Positions 40,258 through 54,584 of a stretch of 64,000 nt of DNA are shown here, in pieces (position 1 is the first letter of the stretch; each line of letters opens with the position of its first letter). The position numbers were made by a program, and so were the translations under genes. The notes below the pieces were generated by a model. It worked only from the letters and a program-made list of their open reading frames with translations, did no database searches and was not told the origin of the DNA. Source of the DNA: Eledone cirrhosa (taxonomy: Eukaryota); NCBI GenBank assembly GCA_964016885.1, contig OZ024743.1, positions 235,786,001 to 235,850,000 on the forward strand, read 5' to 3'.

Positions 40258-42118
40258 ATGTGTTGGTGGTGTTGGCAATGTTGTGGTGGTGTTGGCAATG
40301 TGGTGGTGGTGTTGGCAATGTGGTGGTGGTGTTGGCAATGTGTTGGTGGTGTTGGCAATGTGGTGGTGGTGTTGGCAATGTGTTGGTGGTGTTGGCAATG
40401 TGTTGGTGGTGTTGGCAATGTGTTGGTGGTGTTGGCAATGTGTTGGTGGTGTTGGCAATGTGTTGGTGGTGTTGGCAATGTGGTGGTGGTGTTGGCAATG
40501 TGGTGGTGGTGTTGGCAATGTGGTGGTGGTGTTGGCAATGTGGTGTTGGCAATGTGTTGGCAATGTGTTGGTGGTGTTGGCAATGTGGTGGTGGTGTTGG
40601 CAATGTGGTGGTGGTGTTGGCAATGTGGTGGTGGTGTTGGCAATGTGGTGGTGGTGTTGGCAATGTGGTGGTGGTGTTGGCAATGTGGTGGTGGTGTTGG
40701 CAATGTGGTGGTGGTGTTGGCAATGTGGTGGTGGTGTTGGCAATGTGGTGGTGGTGTTGGCAATGTGGTGGTGGTGTTGGCAATGTAGTGGTGGTGTTGG
40801 CAATGTGGTGGTGGTGTTGGCAATGTGGTGGTGGTGTTGGCAATGTGGTGGTGGTGTTGGTAATGTGGTGGTGGTGTTGGCAATGTGTTGGTGGTGTTGG
40901 CAATGTGTTGGTGGTGTTGGCAATGTGTTGGTGGTGTTGGCAATGTGGTGGTGGTGTTGGCAATGTGTTGGTGGTGTTGGCAATGTGTTGGTGGTGTTGG
41001 CAATGTGTTGGTGGTGTTGGCAATGTGTTGGTGGTGTTGGCAATGTGGTGGTGGTGTTGGCAATGTGGTGGTGGTGTTGGCAATGTGGTGGTGGTGGTGT
41101 TGGCAATGTGTTGGTGGTGTTGGCAATGTGGTGGTGGTGTTGGCAATGTGGTGGTGGTGTTGGCAATGTGGTGGTGGTGTTGGCAATGTGGTGGTGGTGT
41201 TGGCAATGTGGTGGTGGTGTTGGCAATGTGGTGGTGGTGTTGGCAATGTGGTGGTGGTGTTGGCAATGTGGTGGTGGTGTTGGCAATGTGGTGGTGGTAT
41301 TGGCAATGTAGTGGTGGTGTTGGCAATGTGGAGGTGGTGTTGGCAATGTGGTGGTGGTGTTGGCAATGTGGTGGTGGTGTTGGCAATGTGGTGGTGGTGT
41401 TGGCAATGTGGTGGTGGTGTTGGCAATGTGGTGGTGGTGTTGGCAATATGTTGGTGGTGTTGGCAATGTGGTGGTGGTGTTGGCAATGTGGAGGTGGTGT
41501 TGGCAATGTGGAGGTGGTGTTGGCAATGTGGAGGTGGTATTGGCAATGTGGAGGTGGTATTGGCAATGTGTTGGTGGTGTTGGCAATGTCGAGGTGGTGT
41601 TGGCAATGTCGAGGTGGTGTTGGCAATGTGGAGGTGGTGTTGGCAATGTGGAGGTGGTGTTGGCAATGTGGAGGTGGTGTTGGCAATGTGGTGGTGGTGT
41701 TGGCAATGTAGTGGTGGTGTTGGCAATGTGGAAGTGGTGTTGGCAATGTAGAGGTGGTGTTGGCAATGTGGAGGTGGTGTTGGCAATGTGGTGGTGGTGT
41801 TGGCAATGTGGTGGTGGTGTTGGCAATGTGGTGGTGGTGTTGGCAATGTGGTGGTGGTGTTGGCAATGTAGTGGTGGTGTTGGCAATGTAGTGGTGGTGT
41901 TGGCAATGTGGTGGTGGTGTTGGCAATGTGGTGGTGGTGTTGGCAATGTGGTGGTGGTGTTGGCAATGTGGTGGTGGTGTTGGCAATGTGGTGGTGGTGT
42001 TGGCAATGTGGTGGTGGTGTTGGCAATGTGGTGGTGATGTTGGCAATGTGGTGGTGGTGTTGGCAATGTGTTGGTGGTGTTGGCAATGTAGTGGTGGTGT
42101 TGGCAATGTGGTGGTGGG
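40258..42118. repeat. 20-bp minisatellite (GTTGGCAATGTGGTGGTGGT), about 90 copies
   Basis: Seen directly. Explains the long ORFs in all frames. Confidence 0.98.
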
Positions 42119-42644
42119 GACAATGACAAGGTTTGACATTGATAGTTTATCTCAATGGTAACAGTACTAGAGAGGGTTAAACTGGGATTTGAACCCTTTC
42201 ATGTCATATCAATAGAACCAACCAGCATGTCTATTATTTATATAAACATCTTCCATCATAATTTTATGTAAAAACTTTTAAGTTATGTTCCAAGCACCTG
42301 CTTAACCCTGTAGTGACTGCATTTCTAATGAAATACACTATTTTAATTAATTAATGAAGAATTTTGAGATTTAGTAAAATTATTAATTATTTAATTAGTA
42401 AAATAGTAAGTTTAGACGGCAGTTATATAGGTTGGAATATATCATCATCGATGGCAATTAGCAGAACAGGAAGTCATTAGATATTAAAGTGATCTTGAAG
42501 AATACTACACAAGAGAAATTGGTAAACATAAAAATATCAGATGTGCGGTGAAGCATGAAGCAGAGGCTATGTTTAACAAATTTGGCAAGGTACCCACAAC
42601 ATTCACATACAAAAATAAATCTTCCTTAGCACTGATGATGATAA

Positions 42645-43200
42645 CGGTTACTGATTTAGACACAAGGCTAACAACTTCGGGAGAGGAGAAAGTTTTTTCA
42701 AACGACCTCAGTGTGTTACTGGTACTTATCAAACCCGGAAGGTTGAAAAGCAAAGTTGGCCTTGGCAGGATTTGAACTCAAAACATAGAAATTCATATCT
42801 AAATACGGCAAAGCATTAAGTCTTATGATCTATCAATACTAATCTATATTATGTTTTATGATCTATCAATACTAATCTATATTATGTCTTATGATCTATC
42901 AATACTAATCTATATTATGTCTGATGATCTATCAATACTAATCAATATTATGTCTGAAGATCTATTGATACAGCTAATCCATCACAGACAAATTACATAA
43001 CATGTTGGGTTTACATACGAATATTTCAAATTTAGGCACAAGATCAGTAGTTATCGGAGACGGGAGGTCAATTATATCAACACCAGTAGTTAACTGGTAC
43101 TTTATTGACCTCAGAAGATAAGAAACAAATTTCACTTCAGTGTGAATCGAAATCAAAATGTAACAAAAAGTTGCAAAGTATTTTGTCCGACTCTAACGAA
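42645..43200 (-). mobile_element. Decayed Meta-like SINEs with a 33-bp tandem (42824-42970)
   Basis: tttag(g/a)cacaag...ggatttgaactca, with tandem unit tgatctatcaatactaatctatattatgt. Confidence 0.65.
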
Positions 43201-43359
43201 CTATAACACAAACTGCTCTTCACCAAAAGACTTGCCCTGATGGACACTGCATATAAACTCAGGAAAAATACGGGCTGTGTCAGGTCCTTGTTGAGACTCA
43301 ACAGACAGTAACATTATAGTTACTGTACAAATGTACAAACATCAAAAATAATAGTTTGA

Positions 43360-43692
43360 GAGAGAAAGGCAGAGTTTGGACGAGTTGACAGAGAAGCTCG
43401 GTTTAAGAGGAATCTGAGGTGGTGTGCAGGAGAGAAGACTGCATTGGTATGGTCATGTGGTGCACATGGACAATTATCGTTGGGTGAAGAAGTGCCAGTG
43501 GAAGGAAGCCGCAATAGAGGTAGTCCAAGAAAGACCTAGGCTGAGGTTGTGAAAGATGACCTTACATGGCTGAGAGACTCACAGAGACAATGACAAAGGA
43601 ACGTGACAAGTGGAGAGATGTCGTGCCGAGAAGGACCCGTCCAACCCATGCTTGCATGAGAAAGCAGACATAAAAACAATGATGATGATGAT
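43360..43692 (+). mobile_element. RTE 3' fragment (short-UTR subfamily)
   Basis: gtgcaggagagaagactgcattggtatggtcatgtg...cccgtccaacccatgcttgcatg, followed by (GAT)n. Confidence 0.85.
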
Positions 43693-43694
43693 TC

Positions 43695-44216
43695 ATAAGG
43701 CCAATAATTTTGGGAGGAGAGGGAAAGTTGATTAAATTGACACCAATAAATTACTGGTGTTTTATTTTATCGACCCTGTAAGGATGAAATGCAAAGCTAA
43801 CTTCAGTGGCATTTGAACTAGAACGTAAAGGGACGTAACTCTATGTTGCAAAGCATGTTGTCCGATGCTCTACCGATACTGTCATTCCACTGCCCTCTCA
43901 AGGGCAATGTTGATTAAATTAACCCCAGTACTTGACTGGTACTTTATTGAGCCCAGAAAGATGAAGAACCAAGTTGACATGAGCAAAATTTGAGCTGAGA
44001 ACCTAAATAACTGGAATAATTACAACATGATATTGGTGGATTGGCAGTATCGGTAGAGAGCCGGACACCATGCTTTGCAGCATAGAGTCCTTTGCGGTCT
44101 GAGTTCAAATCTCGCCTAGGTTAACTTTGCCTTTCATTCTTAAGGGGTCAATAAAATAAAGTACCAGTAATACACTGGATAATTGCTGGCCTTGTGCCAA
44201 AAGTAGAAACAATTAT
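43695..44216. mobile_element. Meta-like SINE cluster (minus copies 43695-44010, plus copy 44034-44216)
   Basis: Matches the family consensus seen at 24553-24958. Confidence 0.82.
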
Positions 44217-44424
44217 AAGGATTACACTGAACACAATATTAACTTTTTCTAATCTATCCTCTATCTCACTGAGAGAAGATAGAGCAATCTACACCTGTCT
44301 ATAATACAGTGATAGCTCTGTGTTCTATCAGACATACACTATGTTAGATCTATATTCTATTAACCATAAACAGTGATAAATATATACTCTATCATACACT
44401 GTGATAGTTGTGTGTTCTATGTCA

Positions 44425-45412
44425 CTGACAGTGGTAGCTCTATATTCCATCAGACATAGACAGTGGTAGTTCTATATTCCATCAGTTATAGCTCTATGTT
44501 CCATCAGTCATAGACAGAGGTAGCTCTATATTCCATCAGTCAGAGAGTGGTAGCTCTATATTCCATCAGTCATAGACAGAGGTAGCTCTATATTCCATCA
44601 GTCAGAGAGTGGTAGCTCTATATTCCATCAGTCATAGACAGAGGTAGCTCTATATTCCATCAGTCATAGACAGTGGTAGTTCTATATTCCATCAGTCATA
44701 GACAGTGGTAGTTCTATATTCCATCAGTCATAGCTCTATCTTCCATCAGATATAGACAGTGGTAGCTCTATATTCCATCAGTCATAGACAGTGGTAGCTC
44801 TATATTCCATCAGTCATAGACAGTGGTAGCTCTATATTCCATCAGTCATAGACAGTGGTAGCTCTATATTCCATCAGTCATAGCTCTATGTTCCATCAGA
44901 CATAGACAGTGGTAGCTCTATGTTCCATCAGTCATAGCTCTATATTCCATCAGTCATAGACAGTGGTAGTTCTATATTCCATCAGTCATAGACAGTGGTA
45001 GTTCTATATTCCATCAGTCATAGACAGTGGTAGTTCTATGTTCCATCAGTCATAGCTCTATATTCCATCAGTCATAGACAGTGGTAGCTCTATCTTCCAT
45101 CAGACATAGACAGTGGTAGCTCTATCTTCCATCAGACATAGACAGTGGTAGCTCTATCTTCCATCAGACATAGACAGTGGTAGATCTATCTTCCATCAAA
45201 CATAGACAGTGGTAGCTCTACCTTCCATCAGACATAGCTCTATATTCCATCAGTCATAGACAATGGTAGCTCTATCTTCCATCAGACATAAACAGTGGTA
45301 GCTCTATCTTCCATCAGACATAGACAGTGGTAGCTCTATGTTCCAACAGACATAGACAGTGGTAGCTGCATCTTCCATCAGACATAGCTCTATGTTCCAT
45401 CAGACATAGGCA
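44425..45412. repeat. 32-bp minisatellite (AGACAGTGGTAGCTCTATATTCCATCAGTCAT) with shorter variants
   Basis: Seen directly. Degenerate units extend back to ~44300. Confidence 0.96.
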
Positions 45413-46004
45413 GTGATGGCTATAAAGAGAACAAGGCAATGAAACCTCAATGTTAGCAGTCACCTATAAAACTACAAATCTGACCTTCAAACTAACATTG
45501 AACTAGTAGATACATTCAGCTAGACTGGCAGTAGCAGCAGTAGGGGGAGATAACTACAACTGACAGCATGGCTGCAGAGTATACTACTACTACTGACACT
45601 GTTTGTTGGTGGAACACCATTCTTCAATTGACACATATACATAGTTTATATATATATATGTGTGTGTGTGCATATACACACATGAGCACTCACATACACA
45701 CATACATAGACATCTGCACTCACACATACACATGAATACACTTGTATATATATATATATACATATATATACATATATACACACTCCATTATTTTACATGT
45801 TTTTCAAAATCGAAAGTGAAGATAAATAACTGGTGCGCGTGTGTTACATGAGTGTGTCTATGTTTGACTGTGCGTAGGAAAATGTAAACAAAACAACGGA
45901 AATAGAGCATCAAAGTATACATTTGTGCAAGTACCTGGATGTGTGTATTTATATATATATGTGTGAGTGCATGCATCCACATACACACACATATATATAT
46001 ATAT

Positions 46005-46506
46005 CATCATCATCATCATTTCATTTTACGTCTGCTTTTCCCTGCTTGCAAGGGTGGGACGGGAACTGATTCTGGCTTGATTTCTACAGCTGGATGCCCT
46101 TCCTAACACCAATCTCATTTACAGTGAGTGCTGGGTGCTTTTTTTTCCGTGGGGTCTACACGTCCACTTTACAGTGTGGGCTGGGTGCTTTTTTTGCCGT
46201 GGCACCTCCACGACCACTTTTCAGTGGGAGGGGTGGGGGCATATTGTCTATATGCTTCAGCTTTGGCTTGTATCCGTGGGGGGTCGGGTCTTCTGTATTA
46301 CTGCGTTACGCCAGAGGTCACGGTCGTGTTTCATCGCCCTTGAGAGGTGTAATTGGGTAAGGTCGGATTTTATCACTTCATCCCAGGTCTTCTTGGGTCT
46401 CCCCACTCCGCGGCTTCCATCGACTTCTAGTGCTCAGCACCTTTTTATGCAACTGTCATCCTTCATACGCATCATATGTTCATACCAACGCAACTGCCTC
46501 TACTGC
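46005..46506 (-). mobile_element. RTE LINE 3' fragment
   Basis: Highly similar to 18170-18605. Its terminal segment matches the type A SINE tail. Confidence 0.9.
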
Positions 46507-46677
46507 ATATATATATATATGCAGACACAGACACACTATAAGATACCTGGTTGTCTGTATGTCAGTCAATATAGAAATCACAGGTAGAAATAGAGAAATA
46601 CTAGTGTTGGTATATATTACTAACTAAACCTGAAACTATTATATTGAGGGACATATTACTGAAATGTCCAATAGCGA

Positions 46678-47098
46678 TAATGATTTCTAGTATAGGCACA
46701 AGGCCAGTCATTTGGGGGGAGGGGAAATTCGATTAAATCGACCCCAGTACCTTACTGGTACTTTATTTTATCAACCCTGTAAGGATGAAAGTTAAAGTTA
46801 ACCTCAATGGGATTTGAACTCAGATCGTAAAGGGCCGTAACTCTATGCTGCAAAGCATGGTGTCCGACGCTCTACCGATTACTGTCAATCCACCACTCTC
46901 ATAATAACAATAATTGTTTCTACTTTTGGCACAAGGCCAGCAATTATCCCAGTGCATTACTGGTACTTTATTTTATCGACCTCGTAAGGATGAAAGGCAA
47001 AGTTAACCTCGGCGGGATTTGAACTCAGATCGTAAAAAGCAGTAACTCTATGCTGCAAAATATGGCGTCAGACCCTCTACCGATACTGCCAATCCACA
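46678..47098 (-). mobile_element. Tandem long and short Meta-like SINEs
   Basis: Full-length copies joined by (AAT)n. Confidence 0.88.
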
Positions 47099-47349
47099 AT
47101 AATAATAATAATTTCTCTGTCACAAGTGCCACAGATGAAAGGGGATTAACACTGTAAGAACACATTGAGGGTTTCACAAAGACAGTTATCTACTAATAAC
47201 TAAACAAGGGACAAATGTTAGGGCACACACAACCTAAAGGGAGAAATAATAATAGTGTCATTGCCACAAGTGCAACATGAGGGGACATTACTATTACAAG
47301 GACAAAATTAAAACTATTTGAGGGCTTCACAAATTTAAAAATGAAATAT

Positions 47350-47540
47350 TTAGCGTGCCTCATCCGGGGTTGTATCTGAGGTTTGGTGGTGTTTTAATGA
47401 TCGGGGGTCCCCTGTTCTATCCTGAAAAGCAACGTGAAATAAAGCATCCTGCTCAAGACCACAATGTGCCACTCTGTCCTAGAATTGAGCTCATGACTTC
47501 ATTATAGCAAATCCAACACACTAACCACTGGGCCTTCAAG
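47350..47540 (-). mobile_element. Decayed CORE-like SINE
   Basis: gcaacgtgaaataaagcatcctgctcaag...ctaaccact. Confidence 0.65.
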
Positions 47541-47796
47541 GTCAAATTTAAGAAAGAAAATTATTTAATAGAATAAAGAAAAAATTAAAGTTTTTACAAA
47601 ATTGTGTCTAAGAAAACATGATAAACTATAATGTTTACAAAGTTTGATATAAATGAATATATCCTTATATGGAAGACTGCCAGTTAGTGGTCGAACAACC
47701 AGTTAGGGGTCAACCAGCTAGGGGTTAAATAAACAACTAAGGGGTCAATCAAAGAGGAACCTCCACAGATCCAGAATTACCTCGACTAGTAAATAA

Positions 47797-47990
47797 TAAT
47801 GGTTTCCGATTTAGGCACAAGGCCAACAATTTTATTTTATCAACACTGTAAGGATTAAAAACAAAGCTAACTTAGGTGGGATTTGAACTCAGAACATAAA
47901 AGGCCTGAGTTCAAATCCTGTCGAGGTTAGCTTTGCCTTTCATCCTGACAGTGTCAATAAAATAAAGTACCAGTAATGCACTGGGGTCAA
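47797..47990. mobile_element. Meta-like SINE with internal fold-back
   Basis: Inverted arms 47831-47892 and 47905-47966. Confidence 0.8.
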
Positions 47991-48727
47991 ATAATGATTT
48001 CTTTATTAACCAGACAGGGCTCATATTAAAAAAACATTAGAGACGGTACAGGACGATACAGTGGGGCGTTTATTGTGTAAAATAAAATTTATAACAAGGA
48101 CTAAGAAAATAAACATTTAAAAAAAACAAACATAAATTATCCAAAGGTGAGGAGAGCAAGCCCACAAAAGCTATGATCACCTTGAGGGCATAGTGTCCTA
48201 TCCCAGTTGTTCCCCAGTCTACCAGTCTATACCAGTCTACCAGTGTATACTCAAAGCAGGACCATTCACACAGAACATATAATAACTGTTTCTACTTTAG
48301 GCACAAGGGCCAGTGAGGGGGTGGGGGTGATTATAGACAGGGACAGTGGGGAGGTACAGTAGCCAGTGGGGAGGGGTTACTATAGACATGGACAGGGGGG
48401 GTTACAGTAGACAGGGACAGGGTTACAGTAGATAGGGATGGTTGGGGGTGTACTATAGACAGGGGCAGTGGGGCGGGGGTACTATAGACAGGGACAGTGG
48501 GGGGTTTATTTTGAAATTAGTAGAAAGAATTTAACAAACCATTAATAAACAAAAAAATTACAACAATGAAAATTCCCCAATAGGAGGACCATCTAGGTGA
48601 CTTAGCAACCAACACATCCTAAACCACTGGAAGAGCACCCTAGAAGGGTGCCTCTCTCCTGTCTAAATCAGCTAGCCTACAGGCACATGGTCAGAGTAAG
48701 GCCATTTACACACCAGAATAATGATTA

Positions 48728-49735
48728 AATTGTTTCTACTTTTGGCACAAGGCCAGCAATTATCCCACTGTATTACTGGTACTTTATTTTATCGACCCCG
48801 TAAGAATGAAAGGCAAAGTTAACCTCGGCGAGATTTGAACTCAGATCATAAAGGGCCGTAACTATGCTGCAAAGCATGGCGTCCGACCCTCTACCGATAC
48901 TGCCAATCCACTGCCCCAGAATAATGATAATAATGGTGTTTTAATAATTTTTGCACAACCAAAACAACAGAAATATTTGGAGGGGGAAGAGCTCGTTATA
49001 CCAACCATCATGTTTAAACTTTTACTTTATTTTATCAAGTTTAGAAGAGAAGTAAAGTTGACCTTGGTGTGATTTGAACTCAGGAGGCAAAGTTCTGAAA
49101 TAAATACTGCAAAACATTTGCTCCAATGCTCCAACTATTCTGCCTATCGAATCATCATCATAGGTTTGATTTCCATAGTGGCATTGGGTAGATAATAATA
49201 ATGATTTCCAGTTTAGGCACAAGGCCAGTAATTTGGGGGGAGGGGAAAGTCAATTAAATCAACCCCCCAGTACGTTACTGGTGCTTTATTTTATTGACCT
49301 CCGTAAGGAGATTTGAACTTAGATCATAAAGGGCCCTAACTCTATGCTGCAAAGCATGGTGTCTGACTCTCTACTGATACTGCCAATTCACCACCCTTAA
49401 GAATAATAATAATAATTGTTTCTACTTTTGGCACAAGGCCAGCAATTATCCCAGTGTATTACTGGTACTTTATTTTATCGACCCTGTAAGGATGAAAGGC
49501 AAAGTTAACCTCGGCGTGATTTGAACTCAGATCATAAAGAGTCGTAACTCTTTGCTGCAATAATGATTTCTAATTTAGGCACAAGGCTAACAATTTGTGG
49601 GAAAGGAGAAGTTGACTAAATTGACCCCAGGGCATTACTGGTACTTTATTTTATCGACCTTACAAAGATAAAATGCAAAGTTGACTTTCATAGGATTTGA
49701 ACTCAGAATATAAAGAATCGGAATAAATACTACAA
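48728..49735 (-). mobile_element. Cluster of about five Meta-like SINEs
   Basis: Copies at ~48728-48917, 48950-49145, 49200-49397, 49411-49560 and 49561-49735. Confidence 0.85.
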
Positions 49736-50199
49736 GTAATATATGAAGTTGAATTTTTGGCTTTTTGAAGCTTTGAGAACATATGTATGTATATACAGTC
49801 CTCTTCCAACAAGACAAGGTCACCCGATCAATCTTGCCTCAAGTTGGACAATTTCCGTCTAACCTATGCTAGCGTGGAAGATAGACGATGATGATGATGA
49901 TATATATAAAGCTACCATCAGCCGCAGTAACCAATGGCAACTTCTTTTTCCATCTTTTAAGGGTCTTCCTCCTATTTTATAAGCTATCTTTATAGCATTT
50001 CTATACTTGAGCACTTTCTTTATACTTCTATATATCAATACCACAAGGTACCTTTGACTGAGTCCTAAACAATTCTGCCCAGCTAAATGAAAAATGATGA
50101 TTTCGTTTTAAATTCCTGCTTATTATATGTGAAGTGGAAATAGGGGACATATGACAGTGAAATATTTCTTTATGAGGGTTGTTAGAAGTCTGTGTTTAC

Positions 50200-50229
50200 T
50201 TAGGCATAAATATGGCAGGGTTTCAATAT
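50200..50229 (-). CDS. Candidate 30-nt exon (phase 1, IETLPYLCL)
   Basis: tttcttcacag acceptor and a weak GTAAAC donor. Only phase 1 is open, which is compatible with the 54353 donor. Confidence 0.2.
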   Translation of the reverse strand: MLKPCHIYA

Positions 50230-51151
50230 CTGTGAAGAAACACTGAAGTTGACCTCTAATGACCTTTCTGTGTCACCCAACTCCACCTCCCTCCCCATAA
50301 ATAAACAGGAAACTCTCTACTTGTCTCAGACATAATAACTCCAGTTTACTTTAGTTACTACATCTGAAATATGAGGAATTGTGAGTAATTTCAGAGGAGG
50401 CTGGTGGATAAAGAGAATTGGGGGTGATGGACAAACTATAATTGTTTCTACTTTTGGCACAAGGCCAGCAATTATCTCAGTGTATTACTGGTAGTTTATT
50501 TTATCGACTCCGTAAGGTTGAAAGGCAAAGAAAATATAATGCTGTATTTAGCTGGGATTCTAAATATTCTGATTTCAAATCCTGTCAACATTAACATTGG
50601 CTGTCATCTTTACAGGGAGGGGATAAAATAAAATATTGCAAGGGTTGATAAAATAAAGTACTAGAGATGGGGGCATAACATATAAAAGTTGAAGTGAACA
50701 AGTAATGCAGGGTTTGGTAAAAGACCAGTGATGTACTGGCAGAAGCAGTTGAGAAATTAAAGTACTAGTAAAGTATTGAGGGGGTGAAAATGAAATACAT
50801 TTGACATAGTCAAAATTCCCCCCCCCCCCCCCCCCACACACACACATTCATACACCAGTGAAGAAGTACTGTAGCTGTCTAACAGACTCCACTTATCTTT
50901 TGAAATATATGTGTGGCCCTGTATGTTAGTGTGTGTGTGTGGCCCTGTATGTTAGATGTTAAGGATGTGAAGGTAGTCACCACAAGGATGTGAAACATTG
51001 CCTATCAATAACATAGATATGAAACCAGACAATTTCTTTTCAACTTAAAAATTATTCTCTGTAAGTTACATATCAGACAGACACACACACACATATATAT
51101 ATACACACACACGCATATACATATATATATACACACATATATATATATACA

Positions 51152-51628
51152 CACATGGCTTAGTGGTTAGAGCATTGGGCTTGCAATCGAAAGGTTGTGA
51201 GTTCAATTCTCGGACCAGGTAATGTGTTGTTTCCTTGAGCAATACACTTTATTTCACATTGCTCCAGTTTACTCAGCTGTAGAAATGAGATGATAGGACT
51301 GGGATCCCTATCATTCCACTGCAAAGTGGTTGTGGAGGTGCCACGGCAAAAAAAGCACCCAGCCCACACTGTAAAGTGGTCGTGGAGGTGCCACGGCAAA
51401 AAAAGCACCCAGCCCACACTGTAAAGTGGTCGTGGAGGTGCCACGGCAAAAAAAGCACCCAGCCCACACTGTAAAGTGGACGTGTAGGCACCATGGTAAA
51501 AAACCACCCAGCCCTCACAGTAAATGAGATTGGTGTTAGGAAGGGCATCCAGCTGTAGAAATCAAGCCAGAATCAGTTCCTGTCCCACCCTTGCAAGCAG
51601 GGAAAAGTGGACGTAAAATGATGATGAC
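51152..51628 (+). mobile_element. CORE-like SINE with RTE tail and an internal 50-bp tandem expansion
   Basis: Head at 51152-51290, 3-4 copies of gtaaagtggtcgtggaggtgccacggcaaaaaaagcacccagcccacact, and a (GAT)n tail. Confidence 0.9.
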
Positions 51629-51629
51629 G

Positions 51630-52465
<836 letters not shown>

Positions 52466-52877
52466 GGCCTCAGCCAACTAAAATCTTCCGTTATCAGTGA
52501 TGTTATGAGATTTTCATTGAGGTTTTAAGGCTTTAATTAAAATCTAAACACCTTAGTACAGGTAGGCAAAGGTGGGTACAGGTACACACAGGTGGGTGAT
52601 TGTCAATAATTAAACCAAAACATAAAATAAAACAATGAAGAGAGAAAACGAGGGTGATTTAGTTAAGAGAAGTATGTGAGGAATTTCCAATAACAATGTG
52701 GGTTATTGTTAGTTTGGTATGGATCTGATCGATTTTGTAGCCCCCCCCCCCCCCCCCCCCCCACACACCAGCACACTATTGAATTAGTCTAGTAATACTG
52801 CACCAAATTTACAGAGGCAAGTAGCAAAAATGATTGCTATTTATATATGTGTGTAGAATGTATATATACATATATTC

Positions 52878-53060
52878 TTATTTAATATAGAAATGACTTC
52901 TACAGGACGAGAACTGTTTCATTTGAATGAAATGATCAGATTGCTGATAATTTTATGTGAATGAAACAGTTCTAGTTCTGTAGAAGTCATTTCTATATTA
53001 AATAATGATGTTTGCACACTACTAATATATTGAGTACCTTACTGTGGTAACCCCCTTGGG
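52878..53060. mobile_element. Penelope-like repeat remnant containing a 128-bp palindrome
   Basis: 52878-53005 is self-complementary around an ATTG loop and homologous to 11800-11900. Confidence 0.5.
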
Positions 53061-53318
53061 ACCTACATAGATATATCTGTGTGAGTGTGTGTATACATCT
53101 ATATGTAAACTTTAAATGTGCATGTATGTGTGTATGTATATATATATATATATATACATGTGTGTGTGTTTATATGTAAAGTTTATATGTGCATGTATGT
53201 ATGTTTAAAATGTACATGTGTATAAGTGCAAGCAGCTTGATTATCATTGGTCAGAAAGGAGGAGGGACATTGCCCTCAGTCTTTTCAGCTCCTCCTATGA
53301 TGTAGAGTCAGTTACAAT

Positions 53319-53371
<53 letters not shown>

Positions 53372-53720
53372 ACACACACACATGTGGAATGTGGATATCT
53401 ATAATTGTAAACACAAGAGGGAACCACTACATGGTGACACAAACTGCTAAAGTAAGTGAAATCCTCCTCAAATCACACACACTGCAATCTTTAAAAATGA
53501 GAGGAGCACATTGGATTATAGAGTCCCATATGTGTATATATACATACACAGATACACTCACAGATACATATACAGATACACACACAGATACACTCATACA
53601 CACATGTGTATCTAGGATTGTAAATAAATTCTACACGGTCACACACAACCTATTATAAATATCAATGAAATTCTCAAATCCACAGCTTTTTTTTATATTT
53701 CAAGCGAGGGGTTTCATTGA

Positions 53721-53905
53721 ATAATTGTTTCTACTTTAGGCACAAGGCTAGCAATTACCCAGTACATTACTGGTACTTTATTTTATCGACCCCGTAAGGA
53801 TGAAAGGCAAAGTTAATCTCGGCGGGATTTGAACTCAGACTGTAAAGGGACGTAACTATGCTAGAAAGCATGGCGTCCAGCCCTCTACCGATACTGCCAA
53901 TTCAC
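53721..53905 (-). mobile_element. Meta-like SINE (short form)
   Basis: Matches the family consensus. Confidence 0.88.
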
Positions 53906-54352
53906 AATAATGACAGAATGACAGAATGACAGTCCCAGGTATGCTATGAATAAGAAGGACAAACAACTTTGCAGTTCGACAAGAAAAGACTGATAAAATT
54001 AGAACCAGACTTGAAAAAATATGTAGTGGGGTTGATGAGATCAATGAGAATCCCTTACAGGTAGTGCTCCAACATGGCTTCAGTCAAATGAAACCCATAA
54101 TATAATATGTGTGCTGTATTTATGTCCCGTAACTTGGCAGTTAAAACAAGAAGTGATAAAATAAGTACAAAACTTGGAAAAATAAATACTGGGGTTGATA
54201 TGATTAAACTTTGTCAAGGTGGTGCCCCAGCATGGCCACAGTCTAATGACTGAAACCAGTGAAAGGAAAACAGAATAGAGCAATATTTTAATTGAATAAA
54301 GGATTAAAGGATGAGAAGAATAGATGAATGTATTTTGGGAATGTTTACTCAC

Positions 54353-54584
54353 AGAGGGAATCCATGGTACCAGTACTTGCATTGCTAGATCTTCTGCCAT
54401 CTCCAACTAAACTGGCCACTTGTAAACTGATCCGTCGATCCAACTGGATGCTGTGTCTTTTCCGACCAGCCTTCGTCTTGAAGCCTTCCTCAGCTCCTTC
54501 AATACTCCGCATTTTTTCGGTTACATCAAACTTATCTTCATCATTCGAGTGGTTTTTAGACATGAGTCTTTTTACGAAAGACAT
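54353..54584 (-). CDS. Probable alternative first coding exon of an unidentified gene (77 aa, phase-1 donor)
   Basis: gaaaatATG start. Non-repetitive, protein-like ORF MSFVKRLMSK...RKRHSIQLDRRISLQ...RRSSNASTGTMDSL ending exactly at a GTGAGT donor. Confidence 0.7.

Noticed and set aside
39770-42139. Very long ORFs (up to 789 aa) with His/Pro/Thr repeats
   Set aside because: They result from a stop-poor 20-bp minisatellite open in several frames on both strands. No domain or splice support.
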